Assembly: GCA_965208625.1 (NCBI GenBank)
Contig: OZ242348.1
Location: 1,629,344 to 1,693,343 of the forward strand
Length of the DNA stretch: 64,000 bases
Source: Dehalococcoidia bacterium
GTDB lineage: Bacteria; Chloroflexota; Dehalococcoidia; Lucifugimonadales; Australimonadaceae
Direction of reading: 5' to 3'
In this document: in pieces, positions 10,072-18,616 of the stretch
How positions within the stretch are numbered: the stretch's first letter is position 1
Layout of the letters: every line of letters starts with the position of its first letter
Made by a program: the position numbers and the translations under genes
The notes under the pieces: generated by a model
Database searches by the model: none
Told to the model about the DNA's origin: nothing
The model's input: only the letters and a program-made list of their open reading frames with translations

Positions 10072-11265
10072 ATGAGCGAGAGCAAGTCTCGGATAGAGGT
10101 CAGTAACCTCTGGAAGGTGTTCGGCGAAAACCCGGAGGCCGCCCTGCAGCCGGAGTGCGAGTCCATGACCCGCGAGGAGATACGGCGGGAACTGGGCGTT
10201 GTCGTCGGACTCCGGGACGTTTCGTTCACCGTTGACACGGGAGAGGTCTTCGTGGTCATGGGCCTGTCCGGCAGCGGCAAGTCCACCCTGGTGCGCTGCC
10301 TCCTCAGGCTCACTGAGCCCACGGCGGGGCAGGTCTGTTTCGACGGCGAGGACATCCAGGGCTACTCCGCCAATCAGTTGGTGGAGTTCCGGCGCAGCAA
10401 GACCGCCATGGTCTTCCAGCACTACGGCCTCCTCCCGCACCGCAACGTCATCGACAACGTGGTGTACGGGCTGGAAGTGCGGGGCATGGACAGGGAACAG
10501 AGGTACGAGGCCGCGCTCGAGGCCATCAAGGTTGTGGGGCTGGAGGGCTGGGAACACAACCACCCCAATCAGATGAGCGGCGGGATGCAGCAGCGCGTCG
10601 GCCTCGCCAGGGCGCTTGCGACGAACCCCACGGTGCTGCTCATGGACGAGCCTTTCAGCGGCCTCGACCCGCTCATACGGAGGGAGATGCAGGACGAACT
10701 CCTCACCCTCCAGACGGAGCTGCAGAAGACCATCGTGTTCATCACGCACGACCTGAACGAGGCCCTGAAGATGGGCGACCGCATCGCGATCATGCGGGAC
10801 GGCGAGATCATTCAGATGGGCTCGCCAGAGGAGGTCGTCACGCTGCCCACCGACGCCTACGTCACCGACTTCGTACGAGACGTATCGCGGGCGAAGGTCA
10901 TCCAGGCGAAGGCCATCATGCAGGAGCCCGGCGTGGTCATGTACGAACGGCAGGGCCCCCGCGCCGCGCTGTACGCGATGAACGAGCGCGGCCTCGACGC
11001 GGTGTTCCTCATCGCACGTGACTTCACCCTCAAGGGGATGCTGACGGCGGAAGAGGCGAGGGAGCTGCTCCTCCAGCGTAAGGAGTCCCTGGAAGAGGCT
11101 CACCTCGTCCCCGCGACGACCACGGATCCGGATGCGTTCATCGAGGAGGTCGTTCCGTTGGCGGCCGAGACCGAATACCCCATCGCGGTGGTCGGCGAGC
11201 ACGGGAGCCTGCTCGGAGAGATCGACCGGAGGACGCTTCTCACGGGGCTGTCGGGCAAGGCGTAA
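10072..11265 (+). CDS. Glycine betaine/proline-type ABC transporter ATP-binding protein with C-terminal CBS pair (OpuAA/ProV-like)
   Basis: Walker A 'GLSGSGKST', signature 'QMSGGMQQR', Walker B 'LLMDEPFSGLD', and a CBS-like C-terminal tail. Start chosen at 'MSESKSRIEVSNLWKVFG'. Confidence 0.85.
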   Translation: MSESKSRIEVSNLWKVFGENPEAALQPECESMTREEIRRELGVVVGLRDVSFTVDTGEVFVVMGLSGSGKSTLVRCLLRLTEPTAGQVCFDGEDIQGYSANQLVEFRRSKTAMVFQHYGLLPHRNVIDNVVYGLEVRGMDREQRYEAALEAIKVVGLEGWEHNHPNQMSGGMQQRVGLARALATNPTVLLMDEPFSGLDPLIRREMQDELLTLQTELQKTIVFITHDLNEALKMGDRIAIMRDGEIIQMGSPEEVVTLPTDAYVTDFVRDVSRAKVIQAKAIMQEPGVVMYERQGPRAALYAMNERGLDAVFLIARDFTLKGMLTAEEARELLLQRKESLEEAHLVPATTTDPDAFIEEVVPLAAETEYPIAVVGEHGSLLGEIDRRTLLTGLSGKA

Positions 11266-11283
11266 CGGAGTCAAGTGCTCATC

Positions 11284-11353
11284 CGGCCTGCTGAACGCTC
11301 TGATTCGCAGGTGGGTCGGCGAAAACGCATCGACGTTTGAGCAGATGGAGTGA
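11284..11353 (+). pseudogene. C-terminal remnant of a family-3 SBP gene
   Basis: 'LLNALIRRWVGENASTFEQME*' parallels the C-terminus of CDS 3486-4217 ('LNELIHKWVGEDASTF*') at about 70% nt identity. No upstream body is present. Confidence 0.5.
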
Positions 11354-11475
11354 CGTGACCGTCTTCAACATCGCCGAAATCCCAGTGCATTGAGCGCTTG
11401 TTAGGGGAGTAGAACACCGACGGGCCGTTCCCGTAGACTCCGTAGGTGTTCACGGAGAGAACAGAGGGAGTTTGC

Positions 11476-11808
11476 ATGATTCCATCGGGAGATGAGCGCG
11501 ACGTGATTTACCACGAGCAGGAGGGTAGTTGCATGTACTGCGGCTGTGGACTGCCCGCGGATGGGTTCGAGGTAGACCACAAGGTGCCAGTTTCGCGCGG
11601 AGGCGGCGACGAGCGTGAGAACCTGCAGTTGCTCTGTCCGGCGTGTAGCCGACGCAAGGGGAACATGACCGACGAGGAGCATCGGAGGCGATACCGCCTC
11701 GGGGCGTCCGTTGGAGCACAGCCGCCAGCGTGGCCGATTCCCCAGACCTACTTCGGCAACATCGACCGGGAGCTGGAGGGGCGGGAGTCGTACCGCAACA
11801 TCTCTTGA
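11476..11808 (+). CDS. HNH endonuclease
   Basis: 'CMYCGCGL...EVDHKVPVSRGGGDERENLQLLCPACSRRKG' is a classical HNH / Zn-finger motif. Confidence 0.75.
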   Translation: MIPSGDERDVIYHEQEGSCMYCGCGLPADGFEVDHKVPVSRGGGDERENLQLLCPACSRRKGNMTDEEHRRRYRLGASVGAQPPAWPIPQTYFGNIDRELEGRESYRNIS

Positions 11809-12039
11809 TGTGCAGGGTCTTGGACCAAGGAGTCGGCACCCCTGGGCCGTCCACTGGCTTAACGCTCACGGAAGGTATCGTAAGCGAGTGCCACCGCGCC
11901 GAGTGCTCCAGCCTCCGGACCCAAGGCAGGGGGAACGACGGCGTCAGGTTCCCGATGCCCGCGAACGACTGCTTGCGCATGCGTACGACGGCGGGGAGCG
12001 ATGTGATGGTCGTCGCTGCGGTTCCTGCTCTGTGGTTCA

Positions 12040-12211
12040 ACGCTTGACGCAAACTGAACAACAGGCAGGCCGAACCGGGGTCCTTGGAAACCAACAGATC
12101 ATAGGACGGCCTCGGATGCCGCTGCCAGACCTGCTGTACGGTATTGGGCTGAAGGTCTACTCCGGCCACAGCATCCGCCGTGCCATGTCCGACCCTCGGT
12201 ACTGGTCATGA
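12040..12211 (+). pseudogene. Possible degraded IS transposase fragment
   Basis: 'GRPRMPLPDLLYGIGLKVYSGHSIRRAMSD' resembles a conserved N-terminal block I recall from an archaeal/bacterial transposase family. Frames break on both sides. Confidence 0.3.
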
Positions 12212-12800
12212 CGATTATCCTTCGTGCCGTCAACCATGGCGGCCATCTTGAGGTGAACTGAAAACGCAGGAGGTGCACGCTTGGGGACTTCACCTCTTTC
12301 TTGGCTGAGAAGCGAAACAAACGAGGATGGAACTGCTATGAGCACAGACCGGAGCGAAGTCTGCCCAGCACTCCTGTCGTTGTAGCAAGACGCCCTGCCG
12401 GTCGATCTGTGCCGACAGGGCGTCATCCCAGGAGTAGCGCGGCTCCTCGCGTTCTCCCGGAACCCGCACCATATGGCGGGTATTATATAGACCGTCATTG
12501 ACAAGGTTCGCTCGAGTAACGTACCCCACCGAAGAAAGATGGGAGGCCACGGTGCCACCTGATCCCGCCCGGATGCGAAACACTCAGGGACTTTGCCAAC
12601 TGCCACTGCCTCAGAAGGTGAGTCATCCAGCCGCAGGCTGATTCCTGACTCAACGTCGACGGGCGGGTTGCTCAGAACATCCATCAGTCGTACCCTCCGT
12701 CGCATGCTGAACCGAGGGAGACACGGCGTTTGGCAGGCAGGAAGAAGCGGAATGTTTCGCCGGGTCGAAGAGGCTTGGTAGTGAAGGAGCGTGGTGAGTC

Positions 12801-13457
12801 ATGACCATTGCAAATCACGAGGAGTTGAGGGAGGTGTATCACCCGCCTGCGCCCCGGGCGGGGCAGAAGGTGCTGGACCGTTTGGACGTTCACTGCCGAA
12901 ACTTCATAGCGCTGTCGCCGCTCTGTGTTCTGAGCACCAGCAACGCCCAGGGCCAGCCCGACGCCTCGCCCCGGGGTGACCCGCCCGGGTTCGTGCAGGT
13001 GTTGGACGAAAAGACCCTGCTACTGCCCGACCGTCCCGGGAACAACCAGGTGGACTCGTTGCAGAACATCGTGGAGAATCCCGGCGTGGGCCTTCTGTTC
13101 TTGGTCCCAGGAATGAATGAAACGCTGCGGGTGAAGGGCAGAGGGGAGATCGTCACCGCCCCGGGTCTTCTGGCGCCGTTGGCTATCACAGAGGGGAGAT
13201 CGTCACCCCCGGGTCTTCTGGCGCCGTTGGCTATCGGTCGCCGGGCTCCGGTTTCCGGCCTCAGGGTGACGGTGGAAGAGGCCTTCCTGCACTGTGGCCG
13301 GGCGCTTATCCGCAGCCGCCTCTGGGAGCCCGATGCCCGGATCGACCGCTCGTCGTATCCCACCTACGGGCAGGTGCTGGCCGACCAGATATCGGGAGCG
13401 GACGCTGTGCAGATCGACGCCGAGGAGGATGAGGCCAACCGCCGACGGCTCTACTGA
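12801..13457 (+). CDS. Pyridoxamine 5'-phosphate oxidase (PPOX)-family FMN flavoprotein, carrying an in-frame internal duplication
   Basis: 'SPRGDPPGFVQVLDEKTLLLPDRPGNNQVDSLQNIVENPGVGLLFLVPGMNETLRVKGRGEI...EEAFLHCGRALIRSRLW' is typical of this family. Confidence 0.75.
   Translation: MTIANHEELREVYHPPAPRAGQKVLDRLDVHCRNFIALSPLCVLSTSNAQGQPDASPRGDPPGFVQVLDEKTLLLPDRPGNNQVDSLQNIVENPGVGLLFLVPGMNETLRVKGRGEIVTAPGLLAPLAITEGRSSPPGLLAPLAIGRRAPVSGLRVTVEEAFLHCGRALIRSRLWEPDARIDRSSYPTYGQVLADQISGADAVQIDAEEDEANRRRLY
13141..13238. repeat. Tandem duplication (50 nt + 48 nt) inside the PPOX gene
   Basis: 13141-13190 'gaggggagatcgtcaccgccccgggtcttctggcgccgttggctatcaca' is repeated at 13191-13238 with a 2-nt deletion (caccgcccc -> caccccc). 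Confidence 0.9.
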
Positions 13458-14526
13458 ACACGCCCCCGAAACCTAGGGCCCTGCATAGAGTGACACATCA
13501 TGCGCCCTCCTAACGGCACTTCGGCCATGAGCCAATACGACGTAGGCGCGGTGGTTCTCTTGTCTTTCTCTACTGCTGCTGGCCGACTGTTCACGGTGTG
13601 CGGCACGACGTCGGTTCCGCCCGAGGCCCTCACCGCGTCAACCCCGACTCGATTCCGGCGAACCGCGCGACACCCGCCATCGGCGCATTGCCCTTTCCAT
13701 TTCGCCACACTCCACTCCAGCCCCGCTCTCGTCAACGCGGGCCTCCCGTCAAGTGCGGATCCGGCGCCGCTTGGGCGGACCGCGCTCTCCACGCAGGCTG
13801 GCCCCGCCCGGAACCTGGCGGGAACTCCACAGTCGCACCGTGCAGCACTCTTGGGTTACTCATCCTCATCGTCCTCTTCATCCTCATCCCCACCATAGTG
13901 GCGGTCGTGCCATTACCTTCGTCTGTTCAGCGGTGTGCCTGTTCCAGCCTAAGCCGCTCCTCGTATCCGGAACGCGTCATCCGCACCTCATCGCTGACAG
14001 CCTTGGCGGCGAACCCCACGGTCATGCCCCGAGGGAGACCGGCCAGCAGTAGGAGCCAGCCTTGCGCCGACATGCTCGCTCCATCGAGTGCTGCCAGCCA
14101 GAATGCAGCGAGCGCCCCGCAGGTCAGCGCCAACGGAGAAGATAGCCATCTTCCGGCCAGTTACCGTTTTGTCGCCCGCCGTCTAACGTAGAGGACGCAC
14201 CAGACCACGAACCCAATGATGGCCACAACTGCCGCCAGTGTCAGCAGCACCGAGAGGAGGGCATTCGTATCACCACCGCGATGACGACGGCGATGGTCGC
14301 CGCAAATGCCAAGCCGACTATCTTCATGGTCTGCACGGAGCGTGATGCTACCACACGCAAAGCACGTCCCATGCGCGGGTCCGTAGGTTGACCTCGATGG
14401 TTCGGTCTGATATGGACTAACCCGTTGCGCCCGGCAGTGGGGCTGCGCAATGCCGGGGGGACAACGGCGGCCATAAAGGTTCTAACCCCCTATGGCCACC
14501 CCACTGCCACCGCTCTGAGCGGAGGC

Positions 14527-14667
14527 ATGATGGACAAGGACGCCGAAATGCAGGCCATCCTCGCGGAACTGCAGGCCATGAAGGCGATACTGGCGGAGTT
14601 GGAGGCGATTCGTCTGCTCAACGAACGGATACTCGATGAACTGGGGCGTATCAGGGCGGGGCGGTAG
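14527..14667 (+). CDS. Small coiled-coil protein (hypothetical)
   Basis: 46 aa starting 'MMDKDAEMQAILAELQAMKAILAELEAIRLL', preceded by GGAGG. Followed directly by a 36-aa TM peptide ORF. Confidence 0.3.
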   Translation: MMDKDAEMQAILAELQAMKAILAELEAIRLLNERILDELGRIRAGR

Positions 14668-14778
14668 GTGGGTTTGAACGTCGTGGACTTGCTGTTCCTG
14701 CTCTCAACGATACTGGCCTTCGTTGGCATCGGGTTGATGGCGGCAGGAGTCTGTATACTCAAGCGCAACCGGAAGTAG
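14668..14778 (+). CDS. 36-aa single-TM peptide (hypothetical)
   Basis: GTG start immediately after the upstream stop: 'VGLNVVDLLFLLSTILAFVGIGLMAAGVCILKRNRK'. Confidence 0.25.
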   Translation: MGLNVVDLLFLLSTILAFVGIGLMAAGVCILKRNRK

Positions 14779-14791
14779 GAAGGAAGTTGCG

Positions 14792-15196
14792 ATGATGCGG
14801 GAGATTCTGCTGACTGTGGAAGGACAGCCACCGCTCAGAGACACCAGCCTGCCATCCTACAACCCGGACCACCCCCAGTATCCTCAGGCCGTTCGGCTGC
14901 GCGAGGCCGCAGCACAGGCGTTGGCCACACAGCCGGAGTGGGACCCGTACGAAGAGGGGTGGATTTCCCTTGCATTGACGGTTACGCAGCCCGCTCCCGA
15001 ATCCCCAATGATGAAGGCCCTGGGCGGGGTAGCGGATGCGTTGCAGTCCACCCCGTCGGACACTGACGTTCCCGGCGCTTCGCTCTACCTCGACCTATGG
15101 CAGATTCGTGTAGTGCGGTACGCTGCGCAGCAGGGAGATGCTCCGGCCTACAGCGTCAGCGTCAGGGTCATGGGGTACCCGTTCTCAGCAGGGTAA
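14792..15196 (+). CDS. Hypothetical protein, weakly RusA-like
   Basis: 134 aa. The layout 'LTVEGQPP...ISLALTV...MMKALGGVADAL...LYLDLWQIRVV' loosely parallels RusA resolvase blocks, but the acidic catalytic residues are not clearly conserved. Confidence 0.3.
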   Translation: MMREILLTVEGQPPLRDTSLPSYNPDHPQYPQAVRLREAAAQALATQPEWDPYEEGWISLALTVTQPAPESPMMKALGGVADALQSTPSDTDVPGASLYLDLWQIRVVRYAAQQGDAPAYSVSVRVMGYPFSAG

Positions 15197-15231
15197 CAGG
15201 CAGGGGAGCATATGGGCTGATAAGACGGAGG

Positions 15232-15263
15232 TAGCATGCCTCTGTTCGAGTTGAGGCATGCTA
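15232..15263 (+). terminator. Perfect 11-bp inverted repeat (TAGCATGCCTC-N10-GAGGCATGCTA), terminator or protein-binding palindrome
   Basis: Located 36 nt after the stop of 14792-15196. No clear T-tract follows. Confidence 0.35.
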
Positions 15264-15435
15264 GGCTGGTTCTACGGGTGCAGGAGGTCGCTGCCCTATG
15301 TCATATGTTCCAGTAGGGGGAAGATTCCGAGCCACTGGCTCATCCAACTAAGGGTTTCGCACAACCCGAAGCGGCCTGGGTCGAACTCTTTTCGTGAACC
15401 TTACGAATTGCAAAGAGGCCACATACATGGTCGCA

Positions 15436-15472
15436 CCGGGGGAGGACACCGGATCACGGTGCCCTCCCCCGG
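15436..15472 (-). terminator. Strong GC-rich stem-loop after the last minus-strand ICE gene
   Basis: CCGGGGGAGG-A-CACCG-GATCA-CGGTG-C-CCTCCCCCGG, 26 nt downstream of the stop at 15498. The following minus-strand sequence is moderately U-rich. Confidence 0.45.
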
Positions 15473-15497
15473 ACGTGGAATGCGCTGTCGTGCGACC

Positions 15498-16004
15498 CTA
15501 GAAGAGCCTCAGCGTCTGCTGCTGCGCCTGCCCAGTCTCCGCCCCGACGGCCGCCTGCTGCGCTGCCCCCTGCCGGCGCCGATCCCGCCGTCCCGCCGGG
15601 GGAGCGGGCCGTTCGTAGATGGGATGCTTCGGAGACTCCTCCCACCGGGCCCTGGCTCTCTCAACGACAGCCGAGACCTCCTGCGTGAGCCCCGGGAGGT
15701 CGTGGTCGTCGAAGGACTCGATGTGCGGGTCGGACGAGGACTGCTGCACTCCGATGGTGGCCCTGCCTTCCTTGATGGAGACGACCACCTTCAGTTCCTC
15801 CGGCACCTCGGTCCCTCTCCCGGCGTGCGGCCCCGCGGCCTCCGCGACACCTTCGGGATCCTGCCCGTCCTGTCCGGTCTCCTCTGTGGAGGTCCGCTCC
15901 TCGACAACCGCGTCAGCTGTGCCATCCGCTGCATCGTCGAAGGTGTTGTCGTCGGCGCTCGGGGCATCCGAGCGGCTTGTTTCCGTTCCGGTTTCGTCAG
16001 GCAT
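15498..16004 (-). CDS. Hypothetical protein (acidic N-terminus)
   Basis: 168-aa ORF co-directional with and tightly spaced to DUF2958. No recognisable motif. Confidence 0.5.
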   Translation of the reverse strand: MPDETGTETSRSDAPSADDNTFDDAADGTADAVVEERTSTEETGQDGQDPEGVAEAAGPHAGRGTEVPEELKVVVSIKEGRATIGVQQSSSDPHIESFDDHDLPGLTQEVSAVVERARARWEESPKHPIYERPAPPAGRRDRRRQGAAQQAAVGAETGQAQQQTLRLF

Positions 16005-16040
16005 GGTTGCTCCTCTCTTTGATGCTTCCCTGACTCCTGC

Positions 16041-16424
16041 TCAGGCCGCCAGCCTCGACTGCTTCCTGATCTCGCCGAGGGTCATCGGCTCCCAGTACAG
16101 GTCGCGCTCCACGGCGGGGACGTTGCCGAACACGGTCGCCTCCGCCAGCTCGGTGAGGTCGAAGTAGCCGAGCTCGGTCTCGAAGCCTTCGACGAGGCCG
16201 AAGCACGTTCCGGTCTCGGCCTCCCACTCGGTGATGTACCAGCGCCAGCCGATGTAGGGGCTGAACAGCTTCACCCTGGCGACGACGGCGTCGGGGTCGT
16301 CCGCGCCGTCGTTGGCATACAGGGGCGGGATGGTTTCGGCGAGCTCCTTCGTCATGAGCTTGTGTCTTCGGTACCTGTTGTGGTTGTCCTGCCAGATCGT
16401 GGTGGTTGCTTCTCGGTCGGACAT
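16041..16424 (-). CDS. DUF2958-family protein
   Basis: 'LYANDGADDPDAVVARVKLFSPYIGWRWYITEWEAETGTCFGLVEGFETELGYFDLTEL' matches the DUF2958 signature common on plasmids and ICEs. Confidence 0.75.
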   Translation of the reverse strand: MSDREATTTIWQDNHNRYRRHKLMTKELAETIPPLYANDGADDPDAVVARVKLFSPYIGWRWYITEWEAETGTCFGLVEGFETELGYFDLTELAEATVFGNVPAVERDLYWEPMTLGEIRKQSRLAA

Positions 16425-16472
16425 GATCTCTCTCTTTCTTCCTTCTCGGATGCGTTCGTTGAGCGTTGCTAC

Positions 16473-17288
16473 CTAGGCGGCCATCCCCAGGTTGGAGTCG
16501 GAGCCGATCACCCGCTCCACCGCCTCCGGCGTGGCATACGTGGGGGTGACCGTACCCAACTCCATGTCCAGGTAGAGGCCCATGAAGGGGCAGGCGCCCG
16601 CCACCATGCGGCGGACAACCTGTAGCACCAGGGACGCCATCATCTGGTTGATGGTCGGATCCTGGTCGGTGAGGTCGAGGGCGGCGGCGCAGTCCACGTC
16701 CGGGGGCGTGGTCGAGACCGCAGTCAGCAGGTCGGGGCGCTGCAGCGTGGGAGCGGGCAGCAGTCGGCAGGTCCCGTCAACGAAGGCGCGCTCGTCCCAG
16801 TCGACCTCGCCGGCGACATTCCCGACCAGGACCTGCCCCCAGTTGGTGTCGTTGCCCGCGTCGATGAGCCACCGGCGCGGGTCGCCCGGCAGGCACTCCG
16901 CCATCGCCCTACGTGCTGCCGCGTTGTCGGCGCAGCCGATCAGCAGGCAGCTCCCGTAGGCGGGGAGGCCGGGGTAGCGGGGTCCGTAGGGTCCGGAGTC
17001 GTCCTGTCGGAAGGGGTAGACCGAGTAGCCGACCGGACGCCGGTAGGCCCGCGCCAGCCGGTCGGCCAGCGCCTGGCTCTTGAACCTCCCCACGTCCTCT
17101 GTATAGAAATTCTGGCGGAGCAGGTTGTGGGGCTCCACCCGGTCGTGGTCGACCAGGACGATGGTAGCCTCCCGCCCCTGGAAGAGACGGCAGAGACCCT
17201 CGGCGACGAAGCCGCCGGTCCCGCCGCAGCCGACCACGGTGATCCAGGGATCGTCGAGCAGGAATGCGTTGTCGAGGTGGTAGGGCAT
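16473..17288 (-). CDS. ThiF/E1-like adenylyltransferase (PRTRC-system ThiF-family-like)
   Basis: Start at 'MPYHLDNAFLLDD'. Rossmann motif 'ITVVGCGGTGGFVAEGL...LVDHDRVEPHNLLRQNF'. The longer ORF N-terminus is Arg/Pro-rich and looks like shadow sequence. Confidence 0.8.
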   Translation of the reverse strand: MPYHLDNAFLLDDPWITVVGCGGTGGFVAEGLCRLFQGREATIVLVDHDRVEPHNLLRQNFYTEDVGRFKSQALADRLARAYRRPVGYSVYPFRQDDSGPYGPRYPGLPAYGSCLLIGCADNAAARRAMAECLPGDPRRWLIDAGNDTNWGQVLVGNVAGEVDWDERAFVDGTCRLLPAPTLQRPDLLTAVSTTPPDVDCAAALDLTDQDPTINQMMASLVLQVVRRMVAGACPFMGLYLDMELGTVTPTYATPEAVERVIGSDSNLGMAA

Positions 17289-17301
17289 GCTTGCCTCCTT
17301 G

Positions 17302-18006
17302 TCATTCGTTCGTTGTGTCGTGTTCGCCCACGAGCCGGACGCCCGGCTCCGGGCCGTCGAACACCTGCGGCCAATCCATCGGGGCGAAGTGGCCGTAGAC
17401 GCCGACCCGGAGACGCAGCTCGGGCCGGGGGTCATTGAGGCGTCCGGCGACGCCGTAGATGCGGAAGCCCTGCTCATCCCGGTCGTCGACGGCCGAGAAG
17501 AAGGCGGGAAGGCTTCCGTGCGAGTGGAACTCGGCGACCACCCCTGCGGGTGGCTGATACGCGAGTCTCGTTGCGGTCCCGGCCTGTGGCGGGACCACCA
17601 GCCGGTAGGCGCGCCCGTCCCAGCGCACGGCGAAGAGCCGCTCGGTGTCCGGGGCGTCCCGGAACCAGCGCAGCCCCACCGCGAGGAGGGCTGCAGGGAT
17701 GGGGCCGTGGTTGAGCTGCACCTTCCCGGCGACGGGAGCGAGCCCGCGCACCGTGCAGGGGGCGGCCAGAACACGCGCCGTCAGGTGAGCGCTCCGGGAC
17801 TGTACGTAGACGCCCCCCGCCCCCAGAACGTAGTCGTAGCCGATGCCGTGGGCCCCGGCCAACCCGGCGGGATGATTGACGAGGTAGCCCACCGGCCCCG
17901 CTCCGGCGCTAGAGGCGGTAGCCCCGTCTCCCCTCGGAGAACGCCATGGCGTGGGCAACCGTATATTGGGGAACCAGGTCCTCCACCGGGTATTCGTCCT
18001 TTCCAT
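17302..18006 (-). CDS. JAB/MPN-domain metallopeptidase (PRTRC protein A-like)
   Basis: JAMM motif 'EFHSHGSLPAFFSAVDDRDE'. The true start may be the GTG at 17892 (196 aa), 17 nt after the upstream stop. Confidence 0.75.
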   Translation of the reverse strand: MERTNTRWRTWFPNIRLPTPWRSPRGDGATASSAGAGPVGYLVNHPAGLAGAHGIGYDYVLGAGGVYVQSRSAHLTARVLAAPCTVRGLAPVAGKVQLNHGPIPAALLAVGLRWFRDAPDTERLFAVRWDGRAYRLVVPPQAGTATRLAYQPPAGVVAEFHSHGSLPAFFSAVDDRDEQGFRIYGVAGRLNDPRPELRLRVGVYGHFAPMDWPQVFDGPEPGVRLVGEHDTTNE

Positions 18007-18616
18007 CGAGCTCCTCCCATAGTGATTGCAGGTCGTCGGGGTGCTTCTGCGAGCGGTTCCGCGAGTCGCCGGTGAGCGAGAAGTAGGACTGGAAGAAGGA
18101 CTCGGGTATCAGTCCGACCTCCTCGGGGAACCGGTGGCTTCCGGGGCAGACCCTCCCGTCGTGGAAGACGTTGAAGGCCGGGGCCCGGAAGAGCTGCTGC
18201 TCAGCATCGGCCGGCCGGCTCATTGCGGCGTAGACCCAGGGTGCGCGGCCCGGCGAGCAGACGAAGACCAGCCCCGGCATCGGGAGCCGGAGCCGGGCGG
18301 GAGGCTTGAACGCCTCCCGTTGCAGGGCCACGGACCAGACTTGCGGCGGGCGCCAGAGGCCCACCACCTGCCCGGTCTCGCCCTGGTTCCACCAGAGGGC
18401 ATCCTCCGGCAGCAGTCCCGAGGAGAACCCCAGGTGCTGGGTGAGCACGCTCGCGATCCCGTCCGCCGAGACGGTCCTGACCCAGGCGGAGTCGTTCTCG
18501 AAGCCACGCAGGAGGATGGTCTCGTCGTAGACCTCCACCTGCACCCTGAGATCGTCCCTGGGCGCTTCCGTCGCGCCCGGCAGGGACCATCCGGTGATAT
18601 CGACGTCAACACTCAT
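17909..18616 (-). CDS. PRTRC protein B-like / predicted prokaryotic E2-like protein
   Basis: 235 aa. 'LRLPMPGLVFV...LFRAPAFNVFHDGRVCPGSHRFP' has a conserved-looking Cys. Its position between the F-like gene and JAB/E1 matches what I recall of the PRTRC cassette layout. Confidence 0.55.
   Translation of the reverse strand: MSVDVDITGWSLPGATEAPRDDLRVQVEVYDETILLRGFENDSAWVRTVSADGIASVLTQHLGFSSGLLPEDALWWNQGETGQVVGLWRPPQVWSVALQREAFKPPARLRLPMPGLVFVCSPGRAPWVYAAMSRPADAEQQLFRAPAFNVFHDGRVCPGSHRFPEEVGLIPESFFQSYFSLTGDSRNRSQKHPDDLQSLWEELDGKDEYPVEDLVPQYTVAHAMAFSEGRRGYRL

Noticed and set aside
10030-11274. 414-aa antisense ORF opposite the ProV-like gene. Similar long antisense or off-frame ORFs occur at 38978-40600, 41440-42792, 52902-54422, 55407-56438, 56796-57596, 61763-63022, 32725-34254 and 46361-47194
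   Set aside because: They are typical high-GC shadow ORFs, Arg/Gly/Pro/Ala-rich with no motifs. Each overlaps a gene with clear family signatures on the other strand or frame.
13460-14420. Several overlapping 60-200-aa ORFs, a Ser-run ('SSSSSSSSS', 13860-13895) with an acidic 'GGDEDEEDDEDE' reading on the opposite strand, and small TM-like peptides
   Set aside because: No start or RBS context or motifs, and the frames are mutually exclusive. Treated as non-coding or decayed DNA. Only noted as a possible extension of the ICE-flanking junk.
14792-15196. RusA Holliday-junction resolvase assignment
   Set aside because: Block order is similar, but the catalytic Asp residues are not clearly present. 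Kept only as a low-confidence note.
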